A stretch of 64,000 nt of DNA from an uncultured Porphyromonadaceae bacterium (GTDB lineage Bacteria; Bacteroidota; Bacteroidia; Bacteroidales; Muribaculaceae), in the NCBI GenBank assembly GCA_947178215.1, contig CAMWXJ010000005.1, forward strand, positions 13,795 through 77,794, read 5' to 3'. Below, in pieces: positions 1 to 8,283 of this stretch. The first letter of the stretch is position 1. Every line of letters begins with the position of its first letter. The translations under genes were made by a program, and so were the position numbers. The notes beneath the pieces were generated by a model. That model searched no databases. It was given only the letters and a program-made list of their open reading frames with translations, and had not been told where the DNA came from.

Positions 1-1105
1 CCACATAGGCAACAACTACACTCTCGCCAAGCTCATCAACCGCAGCATGGCAGTAGACTCCGTAAACATCGACGTAGCAATGGTACCCGGCACACGCGCT
101 CAGATTGACTCTGTCGTAGCCGGCCTCAACGACGGCTCAATCTCACTCGCCTCAGTCACCGAGACCATGGGCGCTCAGGTCAACGACTCTGTCTGGGTAA
201 CCCTCACCGACGCCCAGATGGCCGAGCTCCGCAACACCCTCACCACCGCTTCGACCGGCAAATACTTCACCCCCGACACCCTCGCCAACGCTACCCAGGG
301 CCGCATCTTCCGTGTAAAGAGCCGCAAGGCTCCCGTGCAGACCATGGATCTCGCCGTGGTGACTTTCACCGCCGAGCCCTCCAAGGCCACCGTCAACAGC
401 CTTGACGCCGCCCTCCGTACTTATATTGCCAATAACAACAACGCTGCTGCATTCAACGAAAACGCCGCATCCGCCGGCTACACCCCCGTGCCCCAGCTTG
501 TCACCGCCTCCACTCCCCTTCTCGGCAACTACGACGATACCCGCGAGGCCATTGTCTGGGCCCTCGGCGCCAAGAAAGGCGCAGTAAGCCCCATTTACGG
601 CGACGAGACCACAGGCCAGTTCATCGCCGTGGCGCTCGATGACACCTACAACGACTATCTCCCCGCTTCGGCTCCCCAGATAGAACCCGCTCTCCGCGCA
701 CAGGCTCTCGCCACAAAGAAAGGCAATGCCCTCATGGAGCAGACCGCAGGCAAAGCCAACGACCTCGCCGGCTACGCTCAGCTCCTCGGCTCGGAAATCG
801 ACACCACCAGTGTGGCTTTCGGCCAGAACGCAATCCCCCGCATCGGCGCACGTGAGAGTGCTGTCGCCGCTCAGGTGGCCGTGGCTCAGCCCGGCACTCT
901 CGTAGGTCCCGTGAAAGCCAACGACGCTATCGTGGTGCTTCAAGTACTCGACATCGACCCCATCGGCCGTCCGTTCAACCTCCGCGAAAGCTCGTCTAAC
1001 TTCATGCGTGCCCGCGGCGGCTCGGCTCTCTCGCAGATGCTCCCCGCCATCCTGATGGGCAACAAGAAGGTCGACAACCGCCTCTCGCAATTCTACCGCG
1101 ACTGA
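1..1105 (+). CDS. SurA N-terminal/PpiD-like periplasmic chaperone (peptidyl-prolyl isomerase family), 5'-truncated by window edge
   Basis: Frame of ORF 47..1105 stays open back to base 2 (HIGNNYTLAKLINRSMAVDS). C-terminal features (VSPIYGDE, VGPVKANDAIVVLQV, VDNRLSQFY) resemble Bacteroidetes PpiD-like proteins. Confidence 0.6.
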   Translation, partial: HIGNNYTLAKLINRSMAVDSVNIDVAMVPGTRAQIDSVVAGLNDGSISLASVTETMGAQVNDSVWVTLTDAQMAELRNTLTTASTGKYFTPDTLANATQGRIFRVKSRKAPVQTMDLAVVTFTAEPSKATVNSLDAALRTYIANNNNAAAFNENAASAGYTPVPQLVTASTPLLGNYDDTREAIVWALGAKKGAVSPIYGDETTGQFIAVALDDTYNDYLPASAPQIEPALRAQALATKKGNALMEQTAGKANDLAGYAQLLGSEIDTTSVAFGQNAIPRIGARESAVAAQVAVAQPGTLVGPVKANDAIVVLQVLDIDPIGRPFNLRESSSNFMRARGGSALSQMLPAILMGNKKVDNRLSQFYRD

Positions 1106-1125
1106 TACGCTCACACAATATAAAA

Positions 1126-1170
1126 TGCAGCCCGATGATAGCCCCGCTAAGGGCGATGCATCGGGCTGCA
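1126..1170. terminator. Hairpin / probable terminator after the PpiD-like gene
   Basis: 12-bp perfect inverted repeat TGCAGCCCGATG (1126-1137) / CATCGGGCTGCA (1159-1170) with an inner GCCC/GGGC stem; weak U-tract. Confidence 0.5.
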
Positions 1171-1223
1171 ATCGTTATTCATCTCACCTTTACACACCAT
1201 CTCTACATTATCAATCGCAAGCC

Positions 1224-2462
1224 ATGAAATCTATCCGCGAACTTTACCGCATAGGCACAGGCCCCTCATCGTCACACACAATGGGTCCGCGCCACGCAGC
1301 CACAATATTCGGCAACGACCACAAGGACGCCGCCGCATTCCGTGTCACCCTCTATGGCGCACTCGCCGGCACCGGCAAAGGCCACATGACCGACCAGGCT
1401 ATCCTTGAAACACTCAACCCCATAGCAGGCACCGAAATAGTGTGGGAGCCAACCGTCTTCCTCCCCTTTCATCCCAACGGCATGAAATTCGAGGCGCTCG
1501 ACGCCGACGGAAATGTGACCGACACCCGAACAATATACAGCGTAGGTGGCGGCCAGATAGCAGAAGAGGGCGAATCGGCCCTCGAAACACCCGAAGTCTA
1601 CACCATGAACACCATGACCGAAATCATGGAGTGGTGTGAGGAGACCGGCAAAAGCTACTGGGAGTATGTGGAGGAATGCGAGGGTAAAGAAATATGGGAC
1701 TATCTCCACGAGGTGTGGATGACAATGCGCGCCGCCGTGGAACGAGGCCTCGACAGCGAAGGCGTGCTTCCCGGCCCGCTCGGACTCAAACGCCGCGCCG
1801 TGTCCTACAATGTAAGAGCTTCCGGCTACAAGACCAATCTCCAAAGCCGCGGCCTGGTGTTCAGCTATGCCCTGGCAGTGAGTGAGGAAAACGCGTCGGG
1901 AGGCGTCATCGTCACGGCCCCCACATGCGGCTCATGCGGCGTAGTGCCCGCCGTGCTCTATCACCTGTGGAAGAGCCGCGACTTCTCAGAAGCCCGCATA
2001 CTCCGCGCCCTTGCCACAGCCGGACTCATCGGCAACATCGTAAAGACCAACGCCTCGATTGCCGGAGCCGAAGTAGGCTGTCAAGGCGAAGTGGGCGTAG
2101 CGTGCGCAATGGCCGCCGCCGCCGCCAACCAGCTTTTCGGCGGCTCCGTCGCCCAGATTGAATATGCCGCCGAAATGGGCCTCGAACACCACCTCGGCAT
2201 GACGTGCGACCCCGTGTGCGGCCTCGTACAGATACCCTGCATCGAGCGTAACGCCTACGCCGCCGCCCGCGCACTCGATTCCAACATTTACTCGGCTTTC
2301 ACCGACGGTAGCCACCGTGTGTCATTTGACCGCGTGGTGGAGGTGATGAAGCAGACCGGTCATGACCTCCCCTCTATATATAAGGAGACAGGCGAAGGCG
2401 GACTTGCCCGCTCATGGACCCCGCGCGTAAGCCGCCTCAACAACAAATCAGCCGACAAATGA
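1224..2462 (+). CDS. sdaA: L-serine dehydratase (Fe-S dependent, single chain)
   Basis: MKSIRELYRIGTGPSSSHTMGP N-terminus, APTCGSCGVVPAV, GAEVGCQGEVG, GMTCDPVCGLVQIPCIERN. True start is ATG 1224, not the 1125 extension. Confidence 0.95.
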   Translation: MKSIRELYRIGTGPSSSHTMGPRHAATIFGNDHKDAAAFRVTLYGALAGTGKGHMTDQAILETLNPIAGTEIVWEPTVFLPFHPNGMKFEALDADGNVTDTRTIYSVGGGQIAEEGESALETPEVYTMNTMTEIMEWCEETGKSYWEYVEECEGKEIWDYLHEVWMTMRAAVERGLDSEGVLPGPLGLKRRAVSYNVRASGYKTNLQSRGLVFSYALAVSEENASGGVIVTAPTCGSCGVVPAVLYHLWKSRDFSEARILRALATAGLIGNIVKTNASIAGAEVGCQGEVGVACAMAAAAANQLFGGSVAQIEYAAEMGLEHHLGMTCDPVCGLVQIPCIERNAYAAARALDSNIYSAFTDGSHRVSFDRVVEVMKQTGHDLPSIYKETGEGGLARSWTPRVSRLNNKSADK

Positions 2463-3055
2463 TTGAATACATCACCGGCAGGCTCACACAGCTCACTCCT
2501 ACGTTTGCCGTAGTCGAGGCCGCAGGCGTGGGCTACCACATCGAAATATCACTCACAACCTTCACGCAACTCGAACAAGCGGTAGACACCGACGTGAAGC
2601 TGCTTGTCTACGAGATAATCCGTGAAGACACCCACGACCTGTTTGGCTTCGCCGAAGAGGGCGAGCGCACTCTCTTCGCCGCACTCATCGGCGTGAGTGG
2701 CGTCGGGGCCAACACAGCCCGCATGATTCTCTCTTCTATCAAACCGGCCGACCTCGAACAAGTGATAGCGTCGGGCGACGTAAGGCGCCTTAAAGCGGTC
2801 AAAGGCATCGGTGCCAAAACAGCCGAGCGAATCATCGTCGACCTTCGCGACAAAATAAAGCTTGTGGCGGCCAAGACCGACAATGTCATAGCCGCTGGGC
2901 GCCAGTCGTCGGCCAACTACGACGAGGCTCTCGCCGCACTCGTCATGCTCGGCTTCACGCGCCAGCAGAGTCAGAAAGCGCTCGACAAGCTCTTCGCCTC
3001 CGACCCCGCCATGACCGTCGAGACGGCTATCAAGCGCTCGTTCACCATGATGTAA
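2459..3055 (+). CDS. ruvA: Holliday junction branch migration protein RuvA
   Basis: MIEYITGRL, GVGYHIEIS, LIGVSGVGANTA, VKGIGAKTAERIIVDLRDK, C-terminal EALAALVMLGF. ATGA overlap with the sdaA stop. Confidence 0.95.
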   Translation: MIEYITGRLTQLTPTFAVVEAAGVGYHIEISLTTFTQLEQAVDTDVKLLVYEIIREDTHDLFGFAEEGERTLFAALIGVSGVGANTARMILSSIKPADLEQVIASGDVRRLKAVKGIGAKTAERIIVDLRDKIKLVAAKTDNVIAAGRQSSANYDEALAALVMLGFTRQQSQKALDKLFASDPAMTVETAIKRSFTMM

Positions 3056-3126
3056 GCCACGTCATCAGCCCCTGCGACCTAACCTATCCTATCACATACA
3101 ATTACCTTATTCTGCCTTAAAGCCTT

Positions 3127-4716
3127 ATGTCAAAGTCACAACTTCTCTACCTGACCGGCACGCTTGGTGCATCTGCCGCTGCCGCCGCCGTGGCCGCCCT
3201 CCCGGGCTGCACCTCGGCACGCCAGACCGAAGCCGACAAGCCGATGAACATCGTCTATATCATGACCGACGACCACACGTCGCAAATGATGAGCGCCTAC
3301 GATACGCGCAACATCAGCACCCCCAACCTCGACCGCATAGCCGCCGACGGCGTGAAGTTCACACGCTCGTTTGTGGCCAACTCGCTGTCGGGTCCCTCGC
3401 GCGCATGCATGCTCACCGGCAAACACTCGCACGCCAACGGCTTCACCGACAACACTACATGCGTGTTCGACGCCTCGCAGCCCACATGGCCACGCTATCT
3501 CCGCGACGCAGGCTATGAGACAGCCATTGTCGGCAAATGGCACCTCGAAAGCCTGCCCCAGGGCTTCGACTACTGGGAGATTGTACCGGGCCAGGGCGAC
3601 TACTGGAACCCCGACTTCATCAAGCAGAACGGCGACACCGTGACCGAACGCGGCTATCTCACGCACATGATAACCGACAAGAGCCTCCGCTGGCTCGACG
3701 AGCGAAAGGACCCGTCGAAGCCGTTTGCACTCATCATCCACCACAAGGCCATACACCGCAACTGGCTACCCGACACCGCCGACCTCGACCTGTACGAGGA
3801 TGTCACCTTCCCCCTGCCCGAGACCTTCTATGACGACTACGCCGGACGCCTGGCCGCCTCGACCGCCGAGATGCGCATACTCGACCACATGGATGCAATC
3901 TATGACCTCAAAATGGACCATCCCGACTCTACCTCGGCCCTCAAAGAGCGTTACCTGAGCTATGTAGACCGCATGGACCCCGACGCGCGCGAAAAGTTCG
4001 AGAAATTCTATCAGCCTATACGCGACGACTTCCACGCCCGCAAGCTCAAAGGCTCCGAACTCGCCGAGTGGAAATATCAGCGCTACATGCGCGACTACGC
4101 CAAAGTCGTGAAGAGCCTTGACGACAATGTAGGCCGTGTGCTCGACTACCTCAAAGAGCACGATATGCTCGACAACACTCTCGTTGTCTACACCTCCGAC
4201 CAGGGTTTCTACATGGGTGAACACGGCTGGTTTGACAAGCGGTTCATGTATGAGGAGAGTCTCAACACTCCACTCGTGATGATGCTTCCCAAGGGCCTCA
4301 ACGCCCGCGGCGACATCGACGAAATGGTACAAAACATTGACTACGCGCCTACCTTCCTTGAACTCGCGGGAGTAGACGTGCCCGCCGACATCCAGGGCCG
4401 CTCGCTCCTCCCCCTCCTCAAAGGCGAGCATCCCGCCGACTGGCGCGACGCCATCTACTATCATTACCACGAATATCCCGCCGAACACTCAGTGAAGCGT
4501 CACTACGGCGTACGCGACAGCAGATACAAGCTCATACATTTCTACAACGACATCGACAGCTGGGAGCTCTATGACCTCCAGGAGGATCCACGCGAACTCA
4601 ACAACCTATACGGAAAGTCCGGCTACGAGAAGCTTACCACCGAGATGATGGGCAAACTCAAGGTTCTCCAAGAACAGTATGACGACCCCATCCGCCATAA
4701 CGTAAAATCTGAATGA
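3127..4716 (+). CDS. Ser-type formylglycine sulfatase, lipoprotein (N-acetylglucosamine-6-sulfatase-like)
   Basis: NIVYIMTDDH, SLSGPSRACMLTG (S-x-P-x-R, Ser88), VGKWHL, YTSDQGFYMGEHGWFDKRFMYEES, WELYDLQEDPRELNNLY. Hydrophobic signal ending LPGC. Confidence 0.9.
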   Translation: MSKSQLLYLTGTLGASAAAAAVAALPGCTSARQTEADKPMNIVYIMTDDHTSQMMSAYDTRNISTPNLDRIAADGVKFTRSFVANSLSGPSRACMLTGKHSHANGFTDNTTCVFDASQPTWPRYLRDAGYETAIVGKWHLESLPQGFDYWEIVPGQGDYWNPDFIKQNGDTVTERGYLTHMITDKSLRWLDERKDPSKPFALIIHHKAIHRNWLPDTADLDLYEDVTFPLPETFYDDYAGRLAASTAEMRILDHMDAIYDLKMDHPDSTSALKERYLSYVDRMDPDAREKFEKFYQPIRDDFHARKLKGSELAEWKYQRYMRDYAKVVKSLDDNVGRVLDYLKEHDMLDNTLVVYTSDQGFYMGEHGWFDKRFMYEESLNTPLVMMLPKGLNARGDIDEMVQNIDYAPTFLELAGVDVPADIQGRSLLPLLKGEHPADWRDAIYYHYHEYPAEHSVKRHYGVRDSRYKLIHFYNDIDSWELYDLQEDPRELNNLYGKSGYEKLTTEMMGKLKVLQEQYDDPIRHNVKSE

Positions 4717-6758
4717 ACAATCGACAGAAACATTTACTTGTACTCATCGGAGCAGCGACAGCCTTTACGGCAGCCGCTGCTCCTTTTGACCGCGACGGCC
4801 TGATAGTGCCCTACGCCGAGGACAATTTCCCCGACATAGCATCTATGCGCTACGACCGCTCTCCGTTCTATCGCGCCATTGAGGCCGTATCCGACTCTGC
4901 CACTATCGTCATACCCGTCGAATGGGCCGGCAAGCGAATTGTGGTGGGTGTGGGCTATCCGTCCGACAGTTACACCATCCCCGACCTTACCATCAACGGC
5001 GAGCGTCCCGGCCCCGGAGTGCGCCCGCTGCGGTGGGATGTCACGTCGTCGCTGAAAGCAAGCGGTGCCGGCAGCATCACCCTGCGCGGACTTGGGCACA
5101 AGCCGCAACGCGTGTATGCCTACGCCACCCCAACCCGCGTCTATGTCGACCGCTACCACATCACCTCGTGCCTCGACTCCGCCAACCTTGACACCGGATT
5201 GTTTGAGCTCGACATTGATCTCGGCGGAATAAAGAAGCGCGATCCGTCGGTAGCTGTCGAATACATGCTCTTCGACGCGAGCCGTCACCAGGTGGCGGCA
5301 GGCAGGGCCGAGGCCGCGCCGCATATCCGCTTCAAGGCGCGCATCCCCGACATACACCGTTGGAGCACCGACGACCCCTACCGCTACATGATTGCCATAA
5401 TCCTGCTCGACGACCGCACGGGCAGGCATATAATGACCGTGGGCTCGCCCATGCGCTTCGCCAACTACACGGCCAACAAAGTGGAGGGCCCTGTGCTTAA
5501 CAATGTGGCAATGCAACCGCTCGCCCTCGCTCAGCTCGACAGCATCCCGGCGTCGCCCGACGACCGACGCGCACTCGCCGCCGCACTACGCGCCGCCGGC
5601 GCCAACGCCGTGATTGCACCGCCGGGGTGTGACCCCGACACCGACTGGCGCAACTTCTGCGCCGACGACGGCATACTGTGCTATGCCGACGGCTCACTCG
5701 ACCCGATGACACTATTTGCCGCCGACCCGGCCGAGGCGGAGCGCCCGCAACAGCCCGACGGCTTCGCCCGCATGGCGCATCGCTTTGCCCGCGTGAGCAC
5801 CGAACTGGCCGACACCTCCACCGTGACTATCGCCGCGACGACACGCAGCCCGTTTGCCCCGCTGAGCGACTTCGCCCTCGACTATGAGATTGTGACACCC
5901 GAGGGGCGTCGCCTCACTTCAAGCGAATATGTCGTGACACCTGGCGAGCCACGCGAGCGCACCCTTATCACGCTCATGCCGCGACTGCCGGGGCAGACTT
6001 CGGCCACCGGACCGCTGCCCGACGACGTTTCCGAAGCCTACGTCAACATAGCATGGCGTCCGATACGTCCCATGGCGGGTGCGACTGAGGGTGTTGTTAG
6101 CGACCGTGCACAGTTTGTGATAGGTCACCCACAAGTTGCCGCCCCTCTTGACGCTCGCAAAATCAAGCGTAAGAAAGATGTGTGGCGCGCCCGCAAGACC
6201 GATCTGTTGCTCTCGCCGGTGTCGGGACTCCCCGAAACTCTCACTATCGAAGGGAAGCAGATGCTGAGCGGCCCCGTGTCGGTCACTATCGACGGCATGG
6301 CTACCAGAGCCCGCGCGGCATCGGTGCATTACGACAGCGGCAGCCGCAGCGTCATCGCCGACATAAGTCTCGAAAATCCTGTTAGCGACATGCCAGTAGG
6401 CAACATCCGCCTCGCATATCTCATAGGCCAGAACAATGAGATTGAGATAAGGATTATTCAGGCCACGCCCGGTACAGCCCTTGTGTTTGACTCTCCCGGC
6501 GAACGCCTCTACCTCGGACGCGGCCCGGGCGATTCTCCGGCCTCCGAATGGAGCTGGGCGCGTATAGCCCTCTATTCGTCAAAGCCGGTGACAGAAACGG
6601 CGGCTCACGCCGACACACGCTACGTCACGCTCCGCGACAAAGGGCTCGAAATACGGCTCGGCACCCCCGCCGACGTGACCTTTTGCGGCACTCAGGCGCG
6701 TGTGTCAACCGCCGCTTCGACCCTCCGGCTGAGAGCCACATCGAGTTTGGTTCGTTAA
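4713..6758 (+). CDS. Divergent LacZ/GH2-like secreted protein with internally deleted catalytic TIM barrel
   Basis: Colinear GH2 landmarks: EWAGKRIVV, RWDVTSSLK, HRWSTDDPYRY, AGANAVI, WRNFCADDGILCY, PFAPLSDFALDYEI, SPVSGLPETLTIEGKQML. Signal peptide present; ATGA-coupled to the sulfatase. Confidence 0.65.
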   Translation: MNNRQKHLLVLIGAATAFTAAAAPFDRDGLIVPYAEDNFPDIASMRYDRSPFYRAIEAVSDSATIVIPVEWAGKRIVVGVGYPSDSYTIPDLTINGERPGPGVRPLRWDVTSSLKASGAGSITLRGLGHKPQRVYAYATPTRVYVDRYHITSCLDSANLDTGLFELDIDLGGIKKRDPSVAVEYMLFDASRHQVAAGRAEAAPHIRFKARIPDIHRWSTDDPYRYMIAIILLDDRTGRHIMTVGSPMRFANYTANKVEGPVLNNVAMQPLALAQLDSIPASPDDRRALAAALRAAGANAVIAPPGCDPDTDWRNFCADDGILCYADGSLDPMTLFAADPAEAERPQQPDGFARMAHRFARVSTELADTSTVTIAATTRSPFAPLSDFALDYEIVTPEGRRLTSSEYVVTPGEPRERTLITLMPRLPGQTSATGPLPDDVSEAYVNIAWRPIRPMAGATEGVVSDRAQFVIGHPQVAAPLDARKIKRKKDVWRARKTDLLLSPVSGLPETLTIEGKQMLSGPVSVTIDGMATRARAASVHYDSGSRSVIADISLENPVSDMPVGNIRLAYLIGQNNEIEIRIIQATPGTALVFDSPGERLYLGRGPGDSPASEWSWARIALYSSKPVTETAAHADTRYVTLRDKGLEIRLGTPADVTFCGTQARVSTAASTLRLRATSSLVR

Positions 6759-6790
6759 TAAAGTTTAAAATCAGAACAGATTGTGTTAAT

Positions 6791-6846
6791 GTTACAACAT
6801 TGTAACGTCGCCGACACTGCTGTGTTGCAAACACGTTATAACTTTG
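6791..6846 (+). promoter_or_regulatory. Bacteroidetes sigma-A promoter (-7 TAACTTTG 6839-6846) with an upstream palindrome
   Basis: Matches the TAnnTTTG consensus. GTTACAA-CA-TTGTAAC palindrome at 6791-6806 lies near the -33 position. Confidence 0.6.
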
Positions 6847-6850
6847 CAGC

Positions 6851-7043
6851 ACAATCGGACGAAACGACTACGCTCGCTTCAACATCCTGATTGTTCTTCT
6901 CGCTTAGATAATAGCCAATCCAAATCAATCAACCTATCACGATACATCACTATCTTACGCCGAGAAAGGCGCAGTGTAAAAAATAATTATTGATGAGTAA
7001 AGCCACCGAGTTGCTGTCGACCGACAGCAACTCGGTTTTCTTT
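6851..7043 (+). ncRNA. Candidate small RNA (or sORF transcript) between promoter and terminator
   Basis: Bounded by the TAACTTTG promoter and a 15-bp terminator. No ATG-started ORF of note inside; asd has its own promoter downstream. Confidence 0.35.
7005..7043 (+). terminator. Intrinsic terminator
   Basis: ACCGAGTTGCTGTCG (7005-7019) / CGACAGCAACTCGGT (7022-7036) perfect stem followed by TTTCTTT. Confidence 0.85.
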
Positions 7044-7145
7044 CATCATGTAGGCTCAGACGCCACGACGCTGACATAGTGCCGCCTCAGCCCCCCGCAA
7101 GGCGACAAAGTGGCGGCATAACGCGGTCGGTCAACAGATTTTTTG

Positions 7146-7153
7146 TAATTTTG
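7146..7153 (+). promoter_or_regulatory. -7 promoter element for asd
   Basis: TAATTTTG 35 nt upstream of the asd ATG. Confidence 0.65.
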
Positions 7154-7187
7154 CGACCACAAACATCACAACATATAAGCACCTGAC

Positions 7188-8213
7188 ATGAATGTAGCAA
7201 TCGTCGGCGCTTCGGGCGCCGTGGGCCAGGAGTTCCTCAGAGTTCTTGACCAGCAAAATTTCCCCTTAACCTCACTACGCCTTTTCGGCTCCAAGCGTAG
7301 CGCCGGCCGTAAGTACTCCTTTCGCGGCAAAGAAATCGAGGTGGAGGAGCTAACACACGATCCCGAACTTTTCCGCGGCATCGACATTGCCTTTACATCG
7401 GCAGGGGCCGGCACCTCACGCGAGTTCGCCGACAACATCACCCGCCATGGCGCCATAATGATTGACAATTCAAGCGCGTTCCGTATGGACAAAGACGTGC
7501 CCCTTGTGGTGCCCGAAGTAAACGGCGACGACGCATTCGACACACCGCGCAACATCATAGCCAACCCCAACTGCACAACAATCCTCATGTTGGTAGTGTT
7601 GAAGCCTATCAACGACCTGTCGCCCGTCACCAACGTGCATGTGGCGTCATACCAGGCCGCAAGCGGCGCCGGAGCAACAGCCATGGCCGAGCTGGAAGCG
7701 CAGTACGGCCAGATTTCGCGCGGCGAGGAAGTAGTCGTTGAAAAGTTTGCCTACCAGCTTGCCGACAACGTGATACCCCACATCGACGTGTTCCTCGACA
7801 ACGACTATACCAAGGAGGAGATGAAGATGTTTCACGAGACAAAGAAAATCATGCACGCTCCCGACCTCAACGTGTCGGCCACATGCGTGCGCGTACCGGT
7901 GATGCGCGCCCACTCCGAAGCCGTGTGGATCCGCACCGAGAAGCCCGTGTCGCCCGCCGAAGCACGCGCCGCCCTTGAAAAAGCACCCGGCGTGGTGGTC
8001 ATCGACGAGCCGGCCGAAAAGAAGTATCCCATGCCGCTCGACGCCGCAGGCGCCGACCCCGTGTTCGTGGGCCGCATACGCGAAGATATAGCCGACCCCA
8101 ACGGCCTCACCCTTTGGCTCGTAGGCGACCAGATAAAGAAGGGCGCGGCTCTCAATGCAGTGCAGATAGCTCAGTATCTCATCGCCCACGGCAAGAAGTT
8201 TGCCAACTCATAA
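7188..8213 (+). CDS. asd: Aspartate-semialdehyde dehydrogenase
   Basis: [39 protein letters not shown] (catalytic Cys), [36 protein letters not shown]. Confidence 0.97.
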   Translation: MNVAIVGASGAVGQEFLRVLDQQNFPLTSLRLFGSKRSAGRKYSFRGKEIEVEELTHDPELFRGIDIAFTSAGAGTSREFADNITRHGAIMIDNSSAFRMDKDVPLVVPEVNGDDAFDTPRNIIANPNCTTILMLVVLKPINDLSPVTNVHVASYQAASGAGATAMAELEAQYGQISRGEEVVVEKFAYQLADNVIPHIDVFLDNDYTKEEMKMFHETKKIMHAPDLNVSATCVRVPVMRAHSEAVWIRTEKPVSPAEARAALEKAPGVVVIDEPAEKKYPMPLDAAGADPVFVGRIREDIADPNGLTLWLVGDQIKKGAALNAVQIAQYLIAHGKKFANS

Positions 8214-8232
8214 ACACAACACCTCGGAATAA

Positions 8233-8262
8233 GCGGAGAGGCGGCACACGTCGCCTCCCCGC
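8233..8262 (+). terminator. GC hairpin after asd
   Basis: GCGGAGAGGCGGC-ACAC-GTCGCCTCCCCGC imperfect stem; no U-tract. Confidence 0.35.
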
Positions 8263-8283
8263 GCTCAGAGGCTACAACAGGCA

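Noticed and set aside
6851-7043. Identification as 6S, SRP, tmRNA or RNase P RNA
   Set aside because: No diagnostic motifs or end-to-end rod pairing were recognised by eye; it is left as an unknown candidate.
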